The notes below the pieces were generated by a model. The model was not told the origin of the DNA. It saw only the letters and a list, made by a program, of their open reading frames with translations, and ran no database searches. Both the position numbers and the translations under genes were made by a program. DNA of 64,000 nucleotides from Gemmatimonadota bacterium (GTDB taxonomy: Bacteria; Gemmatimonadota; Gemmatimonadetes; Gemmatimonadales; GWC2-71-9), in assembly GCA_009692185.1 (NCBI GenBank), contig SHZT01000002.1, positions 33,455 through 97,454 on the forward strand. The letters run 5' to 3'. Each line of letters begins with the position of its first letter. Positions within the stretch are counted from its first letter, which is position 1. Of the stretch, positions 54,362 to 64,000 are shown in pieces.

Positions 54362-55527
54362 CGGGTTGCCACCGACCGCACCGCCGCCAGGCGCTTCACG
54401 GCCTCCACGAGAATCGGTTCCGTCTTGCAGAAGGCGAACCGGACGAGGTTCTTCCCGCCTGCCGGGTCATTGAAGAAGCTCGAACCCGGTACCGCCGCCA
54501 CGCCAATCTCCTTCGTCAGCCAGAACGCGAACTCGTCATCCGGCAAGTCGGACAGAGCGGAGAAGTCGGCGAGGATGTAATACGCGCCCTGCGGCGGCGA
54601 GCACGTGAATCCCGCACCCACCAAACCGGCGTGCAGCATGTCCCGCCGCACGCGGTATTCGGATGAGAGCGACGTGTAGTACGACCTGGGCAACGTTTCC
54701 ATTCCGACGGCAATCGCTTCCTGGAGCGGAGCCGGGGCACCTACCGTCAGAAAATCGTGGACCTTGCGGATCGCGACCGAGAGGTCCGCCGGCGCGATGA
54801 TGGTGCCGACCCGCCACCCGGTGACGCTGAAGGTCTTGGACGCCCCGCTCACGGTGATCGTCCGATCGGCCATGCCGGGGAGCGTGGCCATCGGGATGTG
54901 CTCGCCCTCGTAGTAGATGTGCTCGTAGATCTCGTCCGTAATGGCGTAGGCATCGTGTTTCCGGCACAACTCGGCGAGTCCTTCGAGCTCCGCACGGGTC
55001 AGTACCCGGCCCGTGGGATTGTTCGGCGTGTTGACGATGATGGCCCGCGTGCGCGAAGAGCACGCCGCTGCGATGGCGTCGAGATCCAGCGGCCCGTCCG
55101 GCGCGAGGCGCACAAACACGGGCTTCGCATCGCAGAGAATCGCGTCGGGGCCGTAGTTCTCGTAGAACGGCTCAAACACCACGACTTCATCACCCGGATT
55201 CACCACGGCGAGCAGCACCGCCGCCATCGCCTCGGTGGAGCCACAGGTCACCGTGATGTTGGCCTCGGGATCCACCTGCATGCCGTACCAGTCCGCGTAT
55301 TTCCTTGCGAGTGCGCGCCGCAACCGCTGGGCGCCCCACGTAATGGCGTACTGATTGATGTCGTCGTTCACCGCGCGCGCCGCCGCTTCCTTGAGCGCTC
55401 CGGGAGCGGGAAAGTTGGGGAAGCCCTGCGCGAGGTTGATCGCGCCGTGCTCGTTGGCCAGCCGGGTCATGCCCCGGATGACCGACTCGGTAAACCCGTG
55501 CGTGCGGCGCGCGGTGCGGGGTTTCAT
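54358..55527 (-). CDS. class I/II PLP-dependent aminotransferase (YbdL/kynurenine-aminotransferase-like)
   Basis: 389 aa with INLAQGFPNFPAP, NPGDEVVVFEPFYENY and the PLP-Lys block VSGASKTFSVTGWRVG. Confidence 0.85.
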   Translation of the reverse strand: MKPRTARRTHGFTESVIRGMTRLANEHGAINLAQGFPNFPAPGALKEAAARAVNDDINQYAITWGAQRLRRALARKYADWYGMQVDPEANITVTCGSTEAMAAVLLAVVNPGDEVVVFEPFYENYGPDAILCDAKPVFVRLAPDGPLDLDAIAAACSSRTRAIIVNTPNNPTGRVLTRAELEGLAELCRKHDAYAITDEIYEHIYYEGEHIPMATLPGMADRTITVSGASKTFSVTGWRVGTIIAPADLSVAIRKVHDFLTVGAPAPLQEAIAVGMETLPRSYYTSLSSEYRVRRDMLHAGLVGAGFTCSPPQGAYYILADFSALSDLPDDEFAFWLTKEIGVAAVPGSSFFNDPAGGKNLVRFAFCKTEPILVEAVKRLAAVRSVATR

Positions 55528-58500
55528 TGCGCGAAAGATAGCGTGACCGTGGTGCCCCGCCCCTCCTCGCTCGTCACCTCAATTCGCCCGCCCCAGCTCT
55601 CGACCAAGCGTTTGCAGATGGCCAGCCCCAACCCGGTACCGCTGGTCGTGGTGGAAAAGTGGGGTTCGAACACCCGCGGCAAGGCAACCGCCGGAATTCC
55701 CCGCCCATTGTCCCGCACGTCGAGCAGCACGCGCCCGGGCCCTTCCTTCCGGGCGGCCAGTTCGACGGTCGTCGCGCGGGCATTGCGCGCGTTCTCCAGC
55801 AGGTTCACCAGCACCTCCTTGAGTTCGTCTCGTCGCGCCGCGGCTGTTACGCCGTTCCCGGACACAGTGACCTTCGTGTCTTCACCCAGCGTGTAGAGCG
55901 CCGCCGTTTCCTTCGCGACTTCGACCAGGTCCACCAACTCGAGCGGGCCCGCCTGCTGCTCCGCCCCGGGCGTGCCGAACCTGGCAAAGGCACGCGCGAC
56001 GGCATCCAGTCGGTCAATTTCCGTCAGAATCTGTTTCGATGTCTGGTCCAGCACGCCCTCGAACTCGCCCCGTGCCCCCCGGTACGCCCGCTGCAGGTGC
56101 TGCACCCCAAGCCGGAGCGGCGTCAGCGGGTTCTTGATCTCGTGCGCGACCTGTCGCGCCATTTCGCCCCACGCCAGCACGCGCACCGCGTGCGCCAGGT
56201 CAGTGACATCATCGATCGCAACCACACATCCGCCCGCCTCGGCGCCGAGCGTGCTGACCTGGACGAGTATCCGCCGCCCGCCGATGGTGAACTCCCGGTC
56301 GTCGAGGTCGCGGCCACTCGCGAGAAATGCCTCGATCCATGTCCACACCTCTGCCCAGGCCGCGCTGGTCCCTTCCCGCACGTTCGCGTCAGGCGAGAGC
56401 GTGACCCCAAGGACCTGCTCGGCCCGCGGATTGATGACCGATACGCGCAAGTCCCGCGAGAGGCCGATGACGCCGGTGGCGACATGCCGCAGGACCGCCG
56501 CCGTCCGTTGCCGCGCTCCCTCGAGAGCGGCCTTGCTGGCGCGCACGTCCACGGCCATCCGCGTGAACGCGTCGCTGACCGACGCGAATTCTTCGGGCAC
56601 CGCGGCATGGAGCGGCAACGGCATCTCCCCGCGTCCCACGGCGTCGGCAGCCGCGCGGAGCGCGCCCACGGGCCGCGCCAGCGAGCGAGCCGCCACACGG
56701 CCCAGCCACGCCGCCGCACCCAGGCCGAGGAGCGTGACCAGGAGGAGCGCGTACGCGAGATCGGCGTCGCCGGGCGCGGCGAGTTCGTCCATCAGGCGTG
56801 GGCCGGCAAGGACTCCCGTGGGTCCGCTGCCGCCCGTTCCCGCGGACCGATAGCCCACCCGCATCGGCCGGCCCGCGATGGCCACTGTCGTGGTCAGCTC
56901 GAGGGCGTCGTTCAGCAGGAGCGCCCCGTAGACGTCCGGCGGGAGATACGGATCAATGAGTCCCACGGCAGGCAGGAGCGGCGAACTGGCATCCGCCAGG
57001 ACGCCGTTTGCATACCACACGAGATCGGCACCCACGCGTGAGGCGACGGACGGCAGGACCTCGGAGACGGGACCTTCACCCGCCACGGCCATCGCTCCCG
57101 TGGCATCTCGCAGGGCCTGGCGGGTTACCAGGTCTCGTTGGCGGGCAGCGTCCGACTGGAGTCGCCCACCCATCCACGCCGCAAACCCCACCGTCGGCAC
57201 GATGAAAAACACCGACAGCACGATCGCCAGTCGCAGGCGGTAGGAGGCCGGCCGCACCATGCCCACCAGGCGCGCGCGGAGCCCGGACCGGCCGGCCATC
57301 GCCTCCGCCATTCCCCAGAGGAACAGGACCACCGCCAGGTCGAGAACGAGCAGGAGCGCGCCACGCACCAGGAGGGCGCCCGGACCGCCCAGATCCACGA
57401 TCACGTGCAAATGGCGGGGTCCACCCGGCAGCTCGATGTGCTCCTCGCCCCGGACCACGCCGGCTTCGCGCCGCCAGCGGAACGTCTCCAGTGTGTCTCC
57501 CGGCGTGGGCTCCGAAAGTGACAGTTCGTAGGGTGGTGGAGCGCCGCCCTGCCCCCGCAGGAACCGCGCGACCCGGAATGGTGGCAGGAGGCGCGAACGT
57601 GGCCCCACACCCACCGTGACGACGCGGCCATCGGCCGTCGGCGCGGAGAGCAAGACATGCACGCCGGGGACCCGCCCGAACTCCTCGACCCCAACGACGC
57701 GCCGTGTCGCCGCACTACGCGCCTCCGCCTGCACCATCGCGGGTGGCAGGTCGAGGTCTGCCAGCGCGAGGCTGGCCACCATCCGCCCGTCAGGTTCCCA
57801 CGTGGCAAGGACGGCCGGGTACCCGTCGCGGTCCAAGGGCGTCCGGGACCATTGTCGATAGAGCTCGGCCGGCGTGCGGGGCGATGGAGCCGCGCCAATG
57901 TCGTGCCCGAGCCGTTCGAGCATGGCGAGTGTCACGGGATCGTTGGCATCCCCCAGCCGATGCGCGTCCGCGCGGGCGAGGGCCAGCCGGCTATCCACCA
58001 CGGCGCCCCAGGTGAACAACGCGGCAGCACTTCCGGCCACGACCGCCCCGGATAAGATCTGTCGCGTGGGTGAGCCCGCCAGCGCGGCGAGGAGGACCGC
58101 GGGAATCCAGAGCGCCGGGTACCACGACGGCCACGATGAGCCCGGTTGCCAGAGCGCCAGCCCGAACGCGGCGGCACCGACGCCCCAAGCCACGGCCGCT
58201 GCCCCAAACCCCGACCGCCGGGGCAGCCGCAACGCCTGGAAGGCCCACGCCGGCAGGAGGGTGAGCGCCGTGGTACCCAGCGCGATGGCGACTTCCCATT
58301 CGAGCCAGAGCCCCGTTCGCGCTCCCGCCGCCGGCGGCGTGATCCCGCCCGCCAGCATCCAGGCACCAACCGGGGCAAGAAGACCCAGGGCCGCCAGCCA
58401 CCGGACAACGAGCGGCGCGCGCCGGGGCCACAACCACACGAGTCCGATGATCATGCCGGCACCGCTCACGAGCAGGGCGCCGGCAGACCCGGTGAACGGA

Positions 58501-59576
58501 TCGAACACGTCGAGATAATAGGGCACGGGAGAGAACAGGCTCCCCAGTCCAGCGCTTCTTCCCGCGGGGGTCAGGACCAGGAACGCGGCGGCCAACCCCA
58601 TGCCGGAATACCGGGTGCGTGGTTTCCCGAATAGAAGGAGCCCCGCCAACCCGGTGGCTAGCAGCCAGGCCGCGGCCCGGGTGCCGGCTTCGACAAGGCG
58701 AAGCTTGTACGCGCCCTGTGCCGGTGGAGATGTGCGGACGGTAAACAGCGTGTCCGGCCGAGCGCCGTTTCCGGCATCACATGAGGGGATGCAATAGTCG
58801 AAGACGTCGGAGTCGAGGGGTCCCCGGCCGGGCGCGAAGAACTCCACTTGGGATCCGGTCGCGCGGGCGAAGACGGCGGCCACGGAACCATCCCGGTCGG
58901 GCACGGCGCTGTCGGCGGCGAGTAGGACCTGGCCCACCGCCGTATAGGCCCCGCCGGGCGACTGGCGACGGGCTTCCAGCACCACGTAGAATGCGGTCAT
59001 GCGCGCGTACAGCTCGGCCGGCGCCGAGCGCTCGACCGGTAGGCGATGGCGGCCCGCCCAGCTCCACGGCTGGCCGTTGGCGTCGAGCACCACAACGCCG
59101 GCCTCCACGCCGGCGCTGGCCGAGCGCATTTCCCGTGCGAGAAGGGCGAAGGCGCCCGCCTGCGAGGTTCCGGCAAGCCCGGCCCCCTGGTCTGCCAGCC
59201 GGCGCACCAGTGCCACCGACCCCTCGAGCGTGTTGCCGAGGCGGCGGCTCGCGCGCCCGATCAGTTCCTCCCGGACCGACGGCCAACTCTGCTCCACGGC
59301 CCGCACCCGCCAGGACGCGGACAGGGCGACGATGGCGCCGGCTACCCCCACCACCGCGAGCGCAGTGAGCGACCGGCGCCGGGCCCTGGGCACCAGGAAC
59401 GCAGCCACACCAGCGAGTACGGCGGCCAGCACCGCCCACTCGACGGCGGGCGCGACCAGCCACACGCCGAGCGCGGCCAGCTGCACCACGAGCGCGGCTT
59501 CCGCGTGACGCTCGGACCGCGGATCAACCCCCTGTCGCAACGGCCGCTCCTTTCTCGCCCTCACCAGTGGTGGCAT
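55524..59576 (-). CDS. very large sensor histidine kinase (NtrB/AtoS-type transmitter)
   Basis: 1350 aa. A long N-terminal region has many TM helices and two large extracytoplasmic-looking segments. This is followed by HAMP/PAS-like segments, the H-box VAHEIKNPLTPLRLG, the N-box VNLLENARNA, G1 VRDNGRGI and G2 SGTGLGLAICKRLV. Confidence 0.85.
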   Translation of the reverse strand: MPPLVRARKERPLRQGVDPRSERHAEAALVVQLAALGVWLVAPAVEWAVLAAVLAGVAAFLVPRARRRSLTALAVVGVAGAIVALSASWRVRAVEQSWPSVREELIGRASRRLGNTLEGSVALVRRLADQGAGLAGTSQAGAFALLAREMRSASAGVEAGVVVLDANGQPWSWAGRHRLPVERSAPAELYARMTAFYVVLEARRQSPGGAYTAVGQVLLAADSAVPDRDGSVAAVFARATGSQVEFFAPGRGPLDSDVFDYCIPSCDAGNGARPDTLFTVRTSPPAQGAYKLRLVEAGTRAAAWLLATGLAGLLLFGKPRTRYSGMGLAAAFLVLTPAGRSAGLGSLFSPVPYYLDVFDPFTGSAGALLVSGAGMIIGLVWLWPRRAPLVVRWLAALGLLAPVGAWMLAGGITPPAAGARTGLWLEWEVAIALGTTALTLLPAWAFQALRLPRRSGFGAAAVAWGVGAAAFGLALWQPGSSWPSWYPALWIPAVLLAALAGSPTRQILSGAVVAGSAAALFTWGAVVDSRLALARADAHRLGDANDPVTLAMLERLGHDIGAAPSPRTPAELYRQWSRTPLDRDGYPAVLATWEPDGRMVASLALADLDLPPAMVQAEARSAATRRVVGVEEFGRVPGVHVLLSAPTADGRVVTVGVGPRSRLLPPFRVARFLRGQGGAPPPYELSLSEPTPGDTLETFRWRREAGVVRGEEHIELPGGPRHLHVIVDLGGPGALLVRGALLLVLDLAVVLFLWGMAEAMAGRSGLRARLVGMVRPASYRLRLAIVLSVFFIVPTVGFAAWMGGRLQSDAARQRDLVTRQALRDATGAMAVAGEGPVSEVLPSVASRVGADLVWYANGVLADASSPLLPAVGLIDPYLPPDVYGALLLNDALELTTTVAIAGRPMRVGYRSAGTGGSGPTGVLAGPRLMDELAAPGDADLAYALLLVTLLGLGAAAWLGRVAARSLARPVGALRAAADAVGRGEMPLPLHAAVPEEFASVSDAFTRMAVDVRASKAALEGARQRTAAVLRHVATGVIGLSRDLRVSVINPRAEQVLGVTLSPDANVREGTSAAWAEVWTWIEAFLASGRDLDDREFTIGGRRILVQVSTLGAEAGGCVVAIDDVTDLAHAVRVLAWGEMARQVAHEIKNPLTPLRLGVQHLQRAYRGARGEFEGVLDQTSKQILTEIDRLDAVARAFARFGTPGAEQQAGPLELVDLVEVAKETAALYTLGEDTKVTVSGNGVTAAARRDELKEVLVNLLENARNARATTVELAARKEGPGRVLLDVRDNGRGIPAVALPRVFEPHFSTTTSGTGLGLAICKRLVESWGGRIEVTSEEGRGTTVTLSFAQ

Positions 59577-59588
59577 CGGCCCTTCAAT

Positions 59589-60266
59589 ATGCGGTGGTCG
59601 CTGGGATTGCTCGCAATGCTGACTGGGGTGCCGGTCAGCGGCCTCGCGGCGCAGGGCCGGGAGAGCGATGCGGGCACGTTCACCGTCACCGTAAACGGCA
59701 CGGGCGCCTGGCGGGAAGAGTTCATTGTTCGCGAAGGGCGAGCTCCCAACCGCGACGGGTTCACGGTCGACGTGCGGCTGTTCGCGGGACGCGGGATCTC
59801 ACCGGCCGCGCTGGCGAGCATCGAGTGGGGGCCCGACTCCCAACCGACCGCCGCCGAGATCGTCGATGCCGGGGGCGGGCGCCGAACGTTCGTCCAGCTA
59901 TCGAAGCGCCGGATCAGCGTTCGGGGAGCGGTGCCGGGCGGGGAATCCCTGAGGGAATACCCGGGAGCGGAACCGCTGCTGCTGGCCGACGACTCGCTCG
60001 TCACCTGGTTCGCCATGCCTCCCCGCTCTGGCACCTCACAGGTGACGGTGTTCCGGCCGAGGGCTGAACGCCGTGAAACACTGGAATTAGTCGATCGCGG
60101 CGTCGACGCCACCAGCCTGGGCGTGCACGGGGCCACGCTGAGGCACGTCGTGCTGGCCCCTGGCACCGACGAAACGCACCTCTGGTTCGACAACCAGGGG
60201 CGTCTCATGAAGGTCGAACGGCCCGCGGCCGGCCTGCTCGCCATTCGAACTACCGTCACTCCATAG
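59589..60266 (+). CDS. hypothetical secreted protein
   Basis: ORF 59046..60266 trimmed to MRWSLGLLAMLTGVPVSGLAAQG (ATG 59589). The upstream part is antisense to the kinase gene. No family recognised. Confidence 0.55.
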   Translation: MRWSLGLLAMLTGVPVSGLAAQGRESDAGTFTVTVNGTGAWREEFIVREGRAPNRDGFTVDVRLFAGRGISPAALASIEWGPDSQPTAAEIVDAGGGRRTFVQLSKRRISVRGAVPGGESLREYPGAEPLLLADDSLVTWFAMPPRSGTSQVTVFRPRAERRETLELVDRGVDATSLGVHGATLRHVVLAPGTDETHLWFDNQGRLMKVERPAAGLLAIRTTVTP

Positions 60267-60346
60267 CCGTTCCGACCCCCTGAAACCTCGGCCGGCGTTG
60301 TATCGTACCAGATGCATCGCTCGGCTTGATTTGCAGCGGTCCGAGC

Positions 60347-60375
60347 TTGCTTTGTATCACAAAGTGCTTTACTAC
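60347..60375 (+). promoter_or_regulatory. putative promoter with operator palindrome upstream of the efflux operon
   Basis: TTGCTT (60347-60352), a 17-nt spacer, then TACTAC (60370-60375), 20 nt before the ATG at 60396. The spacer contains the inverted repeat CTTTGT-ATC-ACAAAG (60350-60364). Confidence 0.35.
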
Positions 60376-60395
60376 TAGACCAAGGAACCAGACCC

Positions 60396-61889
60396 ATGAT
60401 TCGTCGTGCCTTGTTTCTGCCTGGCTTCGCCCTCGTGTTGTGCTCAGGGCTGGCCGGCGCCCAACAGCCGGTGCTCCCGTCCATCCCCCAGTCACTGTCC
60501 CTGGCCGACGCGGTGGATCTCGCCACGCGGAACAACCCGTTGTATCGGCAGACATTGAATGACCGGGGCCCGGCCAGCTGGGGCGTGCGGAACGCCTACG
60601 CGGACTTCCTGCCGTCGATGTCCGTCAGCGCCAGCGGGTCCTATTCCGGCAGTGGCTCGCAGACCTTCGGGGGGCAGAACTTCACCCTGTCGTCCGCGAC
60701 GCTTGGCTCCTCCTACTCGCTGGGGCTCAACTGGAATTTCTCCGGAAGCTCCCTGATACAGCCCGGCCTCCGAAAGGCCCAACTGAACGCGGTCGAGGCG
60801 AATTCCGAGGGCGCGCGGGTCAACCTGCGCTCCGCCGTGGCAACGCAATACCTGAACGTGCTTCAGGCCAACGCCCAGGTTGGGCTCGCCGATGTCCAGC
60901 TCAAGCGGAGCGAGGAGTTCCGGCGGCTGGCCCAGGCGCGGTTCGACGTGGGCCAGGCCACACTGCTCGACGTGCGGCGTGCGGAAGTGGAGAGCGGCCA
61001 GTCGGAAGTCGGCGTGCTGCGGGCGAAGAACAACGTGATCGTGCAGAAGCTCCGGCTGTTTCAGCAAATGGGCGTACCAGCGCCGGAAGATCCGACCCAG
61101 GTAACCCTGTCCGACAGTTTCCCCATCGTGGACCCCACGTGGGCATTGGCGGACCTGTTGCGGGACGCCGAGGCGCAGAACCCGGACCTGCTGTCACTTC
61201 GCGCCAACCAGTCCGCTGCCCGGGCGGGCGAGCGGTCGGCCAAGTCGGCGTATTTCCCCAGCCTCTCAATGTCGGCCGGGTGGTCCGGATTCACCCAGCA
61301 GTACACGAACTCCGATTTCCTGGTGAACCGGGCATCGGCGTCCGCCGGCGCCAATTTCCAGGCCTGCAACGTGCAGAATCAGATCAACACCGCGGTGGGC
61401 ATCTCAACGCTCAACTGCGCCATTTTCCAGTTCACGCCAGTCATGGGCGACTCGATCCGCGCGTTGAACAAGGCGTTCCCGTTCGATTTCACCAAGCAAC
61501 CGTTCTCGGCGCGGTTCACCGTGTCGCTCCCGATTTTCGATCAATTCAGCCGGCCGCTGCAGGTGTCCGAGGCGTCGGCGCGGGCAGATGACGCGGCCGA
61601 GTCGGTGCGGGCGCGCGGCCTGTTCGTGCGCGCCGAGGTCACCAACGCGTTCTACGGGCTCCAGACCGCGAACCAGACCGTCAAGATCCAGGACCGCAAC
61701 CGGACGGCCGCGCAGGAGCAGCTGCGGCTCGCCACTGAGCGTTACCGGGTCGGGTCCGGCACGTTCTTCGAACTGACCGACGCGCAGCTGGCGGCCCAGC
61801 GCGCGGAGTCCGACTACATCAACGCCGTGTACGACTACCACAAGGCCATCGCCGCGCTGGAACCCGCGGTCGGTCGGCCGTTACGCTAA
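60396..61889 (+). CDS. TolC family outer-membrane efflux protein
   Basis: 497 aa with a signal peptide (ALVLCSGLAGAQQ). Two OEP repeats have the typical helical heptads, and the end is YINAVYDYHKAIAALEPAVGRPL. Confidence 0.88.
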   Translation: MIRRALFLPGFALVLCSGLAGAQQPVLPSIPQSLSLADAVDLATRNNPLYRQTLNDRGPASWGVRNAYADFLPSMSVSASGSYSGSGSQTFGGQNFTLSSATLGSSYSLGLNWNFSGSSLIQPGLRKAQLNAVEANSEGARVNLRSAVATQYLNVLQANAQVGLADVQLKRSEEFRRLAQARFDVGQATLLDVRRAEVESGQSEVGVLRAKNNVIVQKLRLFQQMGVPAPEDPTQVTLSDSFPIVDPTWALADLLRDAEAQNPDLLSLRANQSAARAGERSAKSAYFPSLSMSAGWSGFTQQYTNSDFLVNRASASAGANFQACNVQNQINTAVGISTLNCAIFQFTPVMGDSIRALNKAFPFDFTKQPFSARFTVSLPIFDQFSRPLQVSEASARADDAAESVRARGLFVRAEVTNAFYGLQTANQTVKIQDRNRTAAQEQLRLATERYRVGSGTFFELTDAQLAAQRAESDYINAVYDYHKAIAALEPAVGRPLR

Positions 61890-61899
61890 GGCGATAGGG

Positions 61900-63156
61900 A
61901 TGTCCAAGCGAGGCAAACTCTTCACGTTCGGCGGAATCGCACTCGGGATCGCCGCACTCGTCGTCATCAACGTCTCGTCGGGCCGGGACCGGGGCATGGA
62001 GGTGCGCATGGAAGGCGTGTCGCGCCGCAACCTCGTAGCCACCGTCACCGCGAGCGGCCGGATCACGCCCAAGCGCAAGGTGGACGTGAGCTCCGACATT
62101 ACGGGGCGCATCATCCGGATTCCGGTCAAGGAAGGCGACATCGTCCGCAAGGGCGACCTCCTGCTCGCGATTGACCCGACGCAGTACGAGGCCAACATCC
62201 AGCGCGCCAAGGCGTCGCTGGCGGCGGCCGAGGCGTCCGCGGTGCAATCCACGGCCAATCGCGACCAGGCGAGGCGCGCGCTCGACCGGGCGGAATCCCT
62301 GAGAAAAACCAACGCGCAGCTCGTCTCGGATGAGCAGTACGAGCAGGCCCGCACGTCGTTCCAGGTAGCCGAAGCGGTCGCGAACTCCGCGTCGCACCAG
62401 GTGGAACAGACCCGGGCCGGCCTCCGGGAAGTCGAGGACCAGCTCCGGAAGACGGTGATCCGCGCGCCGATGGACGGGCAGATCACCCGGGTGGCGGTCG
62501 AGGAGGGCGAAGTTGCGGTGCCGGGCACGTTCTCCCGCGAGACCGGCCTCCTGATGACGGTGTCCGATCTCTCGGTGATCCAGGTGAAGGTGCGCGTCGA
62601 CGAAACGGACGTGGTGCGGCTCCACCTGGGCGACTCGACGTCGGTCACGATCGACGCGTTCCCCGACACGCAGTTCGTCGGCCGGGTGACCAAGGTGGCC
62701 CAGAGTGCAATCCTCGGCTCCACCACTACGGCGACCGGGGACCGCGCGGTGGACTACGACGTGGAGATCACGCTCGACAATCCGCCGCAGAACGTGCGGC
62801 CGGATCTCTCGGCCACGGCCAAGATGGTGACCGACGTACGGGACAGCGTGCTGGCCATTCCGATCATCGCGCTCACGGTTCGCGAGCATAAGCCGCTGTC
62901 CACCGAGAACGCCCCCAAGGACACGACCAAGGCCACGAAGGAAACCGAGGGCGCGTTCGTGGTGCACAAGGGCATCGCCCAGTTCCGCCCGGTGAAGGTG
63001 GGCATCGCGGGCGAGGAGTATTTCGAGGTGCTGGACGGCCTGCGGATGGGTGATACGATCGCGGCGGGGCCCTACCAGGCCATCCGCGACCTCAAGGACA
63101 GCTCGAAGGTCCGGGCACTGAAGGACGCCAAGGCCGCGGCCAAGAAGACCACATGA
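61900..63156 (+). CDS. efflux periplasmic adaptor subunit (MacA/HlyD family)
   Basis: 418 aa with an N-terminal TM, lipoyl-like halves [27 protein letters not shown] and [20 protein letters not shown], and a coiled-coil hairpin between them. Confidence 0.88.
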   Translation: MSKRGKLFTFGGIALGIAALVVINVSSGRDRGMEVRMEGVSRRNLVATVTASGRITPKRKVDVSSDITGRIIRIPVKEGDIVRKGDLLLAIDPTQYEANIQRAKASLAAAEASAVQSTANRDQARRALDRAESLRKTNAQLVSDEQYEQARTSFQVAEAVANSASHQVEQTRAGLREVEDQLRKTVIRAPMDGQITRVAVEEGEVAVPGTFSRETGLLMTVSDLSVIQVKVRVDETDVVRLHLGDSTSVTIDAFPDTQFVGRVTKVAQSAILGSTTTATGDRAVDYDVEITLDNPPQNVRPDLSATAKMVTDVRDSVLAIPIIALTVREHKPLSTENAPKDTTKATKETEGAFVVHKGIAQFRPVKVGIAGEEYFEVLDGLRMGDTIAAGPYQAIRDLKDSSKVRALKDAKAAAKKTT

Positions 63157-63850
63157 CGGCCGTCATTCGCGTCCAGGACCTCACGCGGGCGTACGACATG
63201 GGGGGGGGCGAGACGGTGCGCGCCCTCAAAGGCGTGAGCCTCGAAATCGCGCAGAACGAGTACATCGCGATCATGGGGCCGTCGGGCTCGGGAAAGTCCA
63301 CGCTCATGAACCTGATCGGCTGTCTCGACACGCCGACGTCCGGCGGGTACTGGCTGGATGGCGTCGAAGTGTCGCGCATGACGGACGACAGCCTGGCCCG
63401 CGTTCGGAACGAGAAGATCGGCTTCGTGTTCCAGACGTTCAACCTGCTGCCGCGCGCCACGGCCCTGCACAACGTCGAACTGCCCCTCATCTACGCCGGC
63501 ATCAAGAGCGCCGAGCGGCGGAAGCGGGCCGAGGGGACGCTCGAGCGCGTCGGCCTGGGCGACCGCATGAACCACAAGCCGAACGAACTGTCGGGCGGCC
63601 AGCGGCGCAGCGGGTGGCCATTGCCCGGGCCCTGGTGAACGACCCCAGCCTGCTGCTTGCGGACGAGCCGACCGGCAACCTCGACTCGGCGACGAGCGGC
63701 GAGATCATGGACGTCTTCGCCTCCCTGCACCGCCAGGGCCAGACGGTGGTGATGGTGACCCACGAAGCCGATATCGCGGCGCACGCCCATCGGGTGGTGA
63801 CGCTCCGCGACGGCCTGATTCACACCGACACCATGAAGCGGGCCGCCTAG
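63153..63850 (+). pseudogene. MacB/LolD-type ABC ATPase interrupted by a frameshift
   Basis: Frame 1 (63153..63638) carries Walker [10 protein letters not shown] and the signature LSGGQ, then becomes [11 protein letters not shown]. The expected continuation (Q)[25 protein letters not shown]...MVTHE is in the +2 frame from 63614. The DNA at the break is CAGCGG-CG-CAGCGG. Confidence 0.75.
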
Positions 63851-64000
63851 TGCATCTCTGGGAGGCCATCCGGCTCGCGTTCAAGTCGCTCTGGGCCAAC
63901 AAGCTCAAGAGCGGCTTCGGACTGGCCGGCGTGTTCATCAGCGTCACGGCCCTCATCGCCGTCGTGACGATCTGGGAGGGCATGAACACGTACATGACCG
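63850..64000 (+). CDS. MacB/FtsX-type ABC permease (N-terminal fragment, continues beyond the window)
   Basis: My translation from GTG 63850 is VHLWEAIRLAFKSLWANKLKSGFGLAGVFISVTALIAVVTIWEG, the typical first TM helix of MacB-like permeases. Confidence 0.75.
   Translation, partial: MHLWEAIRLAFKSLWANKLKSGFGLAGVFISVTALIAVVTIWEGMNTYMT

Overview
This is a 64-kb, very GC-rich bacterial chromosomal segment (third codon positions are overwhelmingly G/C) with almost no non-coding gaps. I can support about 60 protein-coding genes plus a few hairpins, promoter-like sites and short repeat elements. I see no rRNA, no convincing tRNA, no CRISPR array, and no transposase, integrase or phage genes. The protein styles would fit a Gemmatimonadota/Acidobacteriota-like soil bacterium, but that is only a guess; the clues are a short primary sigma factor, PD40/LVIVD-type propellers, many apparently leaderless starts and pervasive ATGA/GTGA start-stop overlaps. 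Layout: (i) 1-17.8 kb is mostly housekeeping on the minus strand (lnt, hemL, rimO, yajQ, rpoD-like sigma factor, aldehyde dehydrogenase, NtrC-type regulator, thpR, larE-like, efp). (ii) 17.8-24.7 kb holds a polyprenyl-phosphate-sugar / GT-C periplasmic glycosylation operon ending in a Wzi-like outer-membrane protein, placed head-to-head with a second polytopic GT2 synthase. (iii) 24.7-31.8 kb is mixed (serA, VapBC, YifB/ComM, cyclase-family, Dph6-like, M28 peptidase). (iv) 31.8-40.0 kb is a glycoconjugate-tailoring cluster with two paralogous GT2, two GT4, a PIG-L deacetylase, a GNAT, a sulfotransferase and a PF14907-like nucleotidyltransferase. (v) 40.2-50.8 kb is the most unusual part. It has three B12-binding radical SAM enzymes, an HPr-kinase-like P-loop protein, a PP2C phosphatase, two SAM methyltransferases, an iodotyrosine-deiodinase-like flavoprotein and a small 4-TM protein. 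A small accessory islet (Uma2 nuclease, truncated propeller-gene remnant, VapC/Phd module) splits it. (vi) 50.7-64 kb carries msrQP, a membrane Ser/Thr kinase, an aminotransferase, a 1350-aa sensor histidine kinase and a TolC/MacA/MacB-type efflux operon whose ATPase gene is frameshifted. My best candidates for something undescribed are the kinase-rSAM-phosphatase operon (40.2-43.5 kb) and the divergent methyltransferase/rSAM/deiodinase-like operons (45.3-50.8 kb). They may act together with the sulfotransferase/nucleotidyltransferase/GT cluster, but substrate and product cannot be deduced from sequence. At nucleotide level there is a family of 8-nt-periodic palindromic elements (three copies) that no gene model explains. 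All calls come from reading the supplied translations and the DNA by eye and from remembered family motifs. No database or HMM search, folding program or statistics were run.
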